From contig PS015503.1 in the NCBI GenBank assembly GCA_048213135.1, forward strand, positions 1-63,809: a stretch of DNA of 63,809 bases. The letters run 5' to 3'. This DNA is from Reclinomonas americana ATCC 50394. Its lineage: Eukaryota. Below are positions 63,685-63,809 of this stretch, piece by piece. Positions within the stretch are counted from its first letter, which is position 1. Every line of letters begins with the position of its first letter. Below the pieces are notes generated by a model. The model was not told where the DNA came from and searched no databases. It worked only from the letters and a program-made list of their open reading frames with translations. The translations under genes and the position numbers were made by a program.

Positions 63685-63809
63685 GACGACACGTACCGAC
63701 GACGTACCGACGACCGACGACGTACCTACGTGTTCGTCTTCTTACTACGTACGTACGTTACCGTACGTACCGACGACGACGCGCGTCGTCGTACGTACGT
63801 ACGTACGTA

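Noticed and set aside
63682-63809. GTAC/TACG/GAC repeats at the window end (also 39020-39029 and 41543-41552), considered as telomere or CRISPR-like repeats
   Set aside because: They are irregular, always follow a microsatellite or homopolymer at a contig edge, and follow the TACG pyrosequencing flow order. Most likely a read-end artefact.

Overview
This window comes from a gene-dense, GC-rich, intron-rich eukaryotic genome (most introns about 45-110 nt, many CA/GA microsatellites, 11 N gaps). Axonemal dynein IC1 implies a flagellate, and NDUFB3 plus PET100 imply aerobic mitochondria. About 27 genes could be modelled by hand. Recognisable ones include hutI and hutU, eIF3b, DNAI1, a nucleotide-sugar transporter next to UXS, a TBC RabGAP, a cAR/GCR1-type GPCR, an HPP protein, villin, SYF2, NDUFB3, PET100, a TM2 protein, kinesin-14, SUMO, GILT next to a PDI, an inverted EF-hand paralogue pair and BCAT. 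The main discovery is a second, very common 5' splice-site class, /GTTGCG. It breaks the +3R/+5G rule and occurs almost only where the last exon base is not G, which suggests routine shifted or bulged U1 pairing or variant snRNAs. Other highlights: three functionally matched adjacent gene pairs, very short bidirectional spacers, an intronic C/D snoRNA candidate, a PRP4-motif/SYF2 fusion, a UBL-kinesin and a micro-exon chain. All gene models and family calls are manual, from memory of the families and without database searches, so boundaries are approximate.
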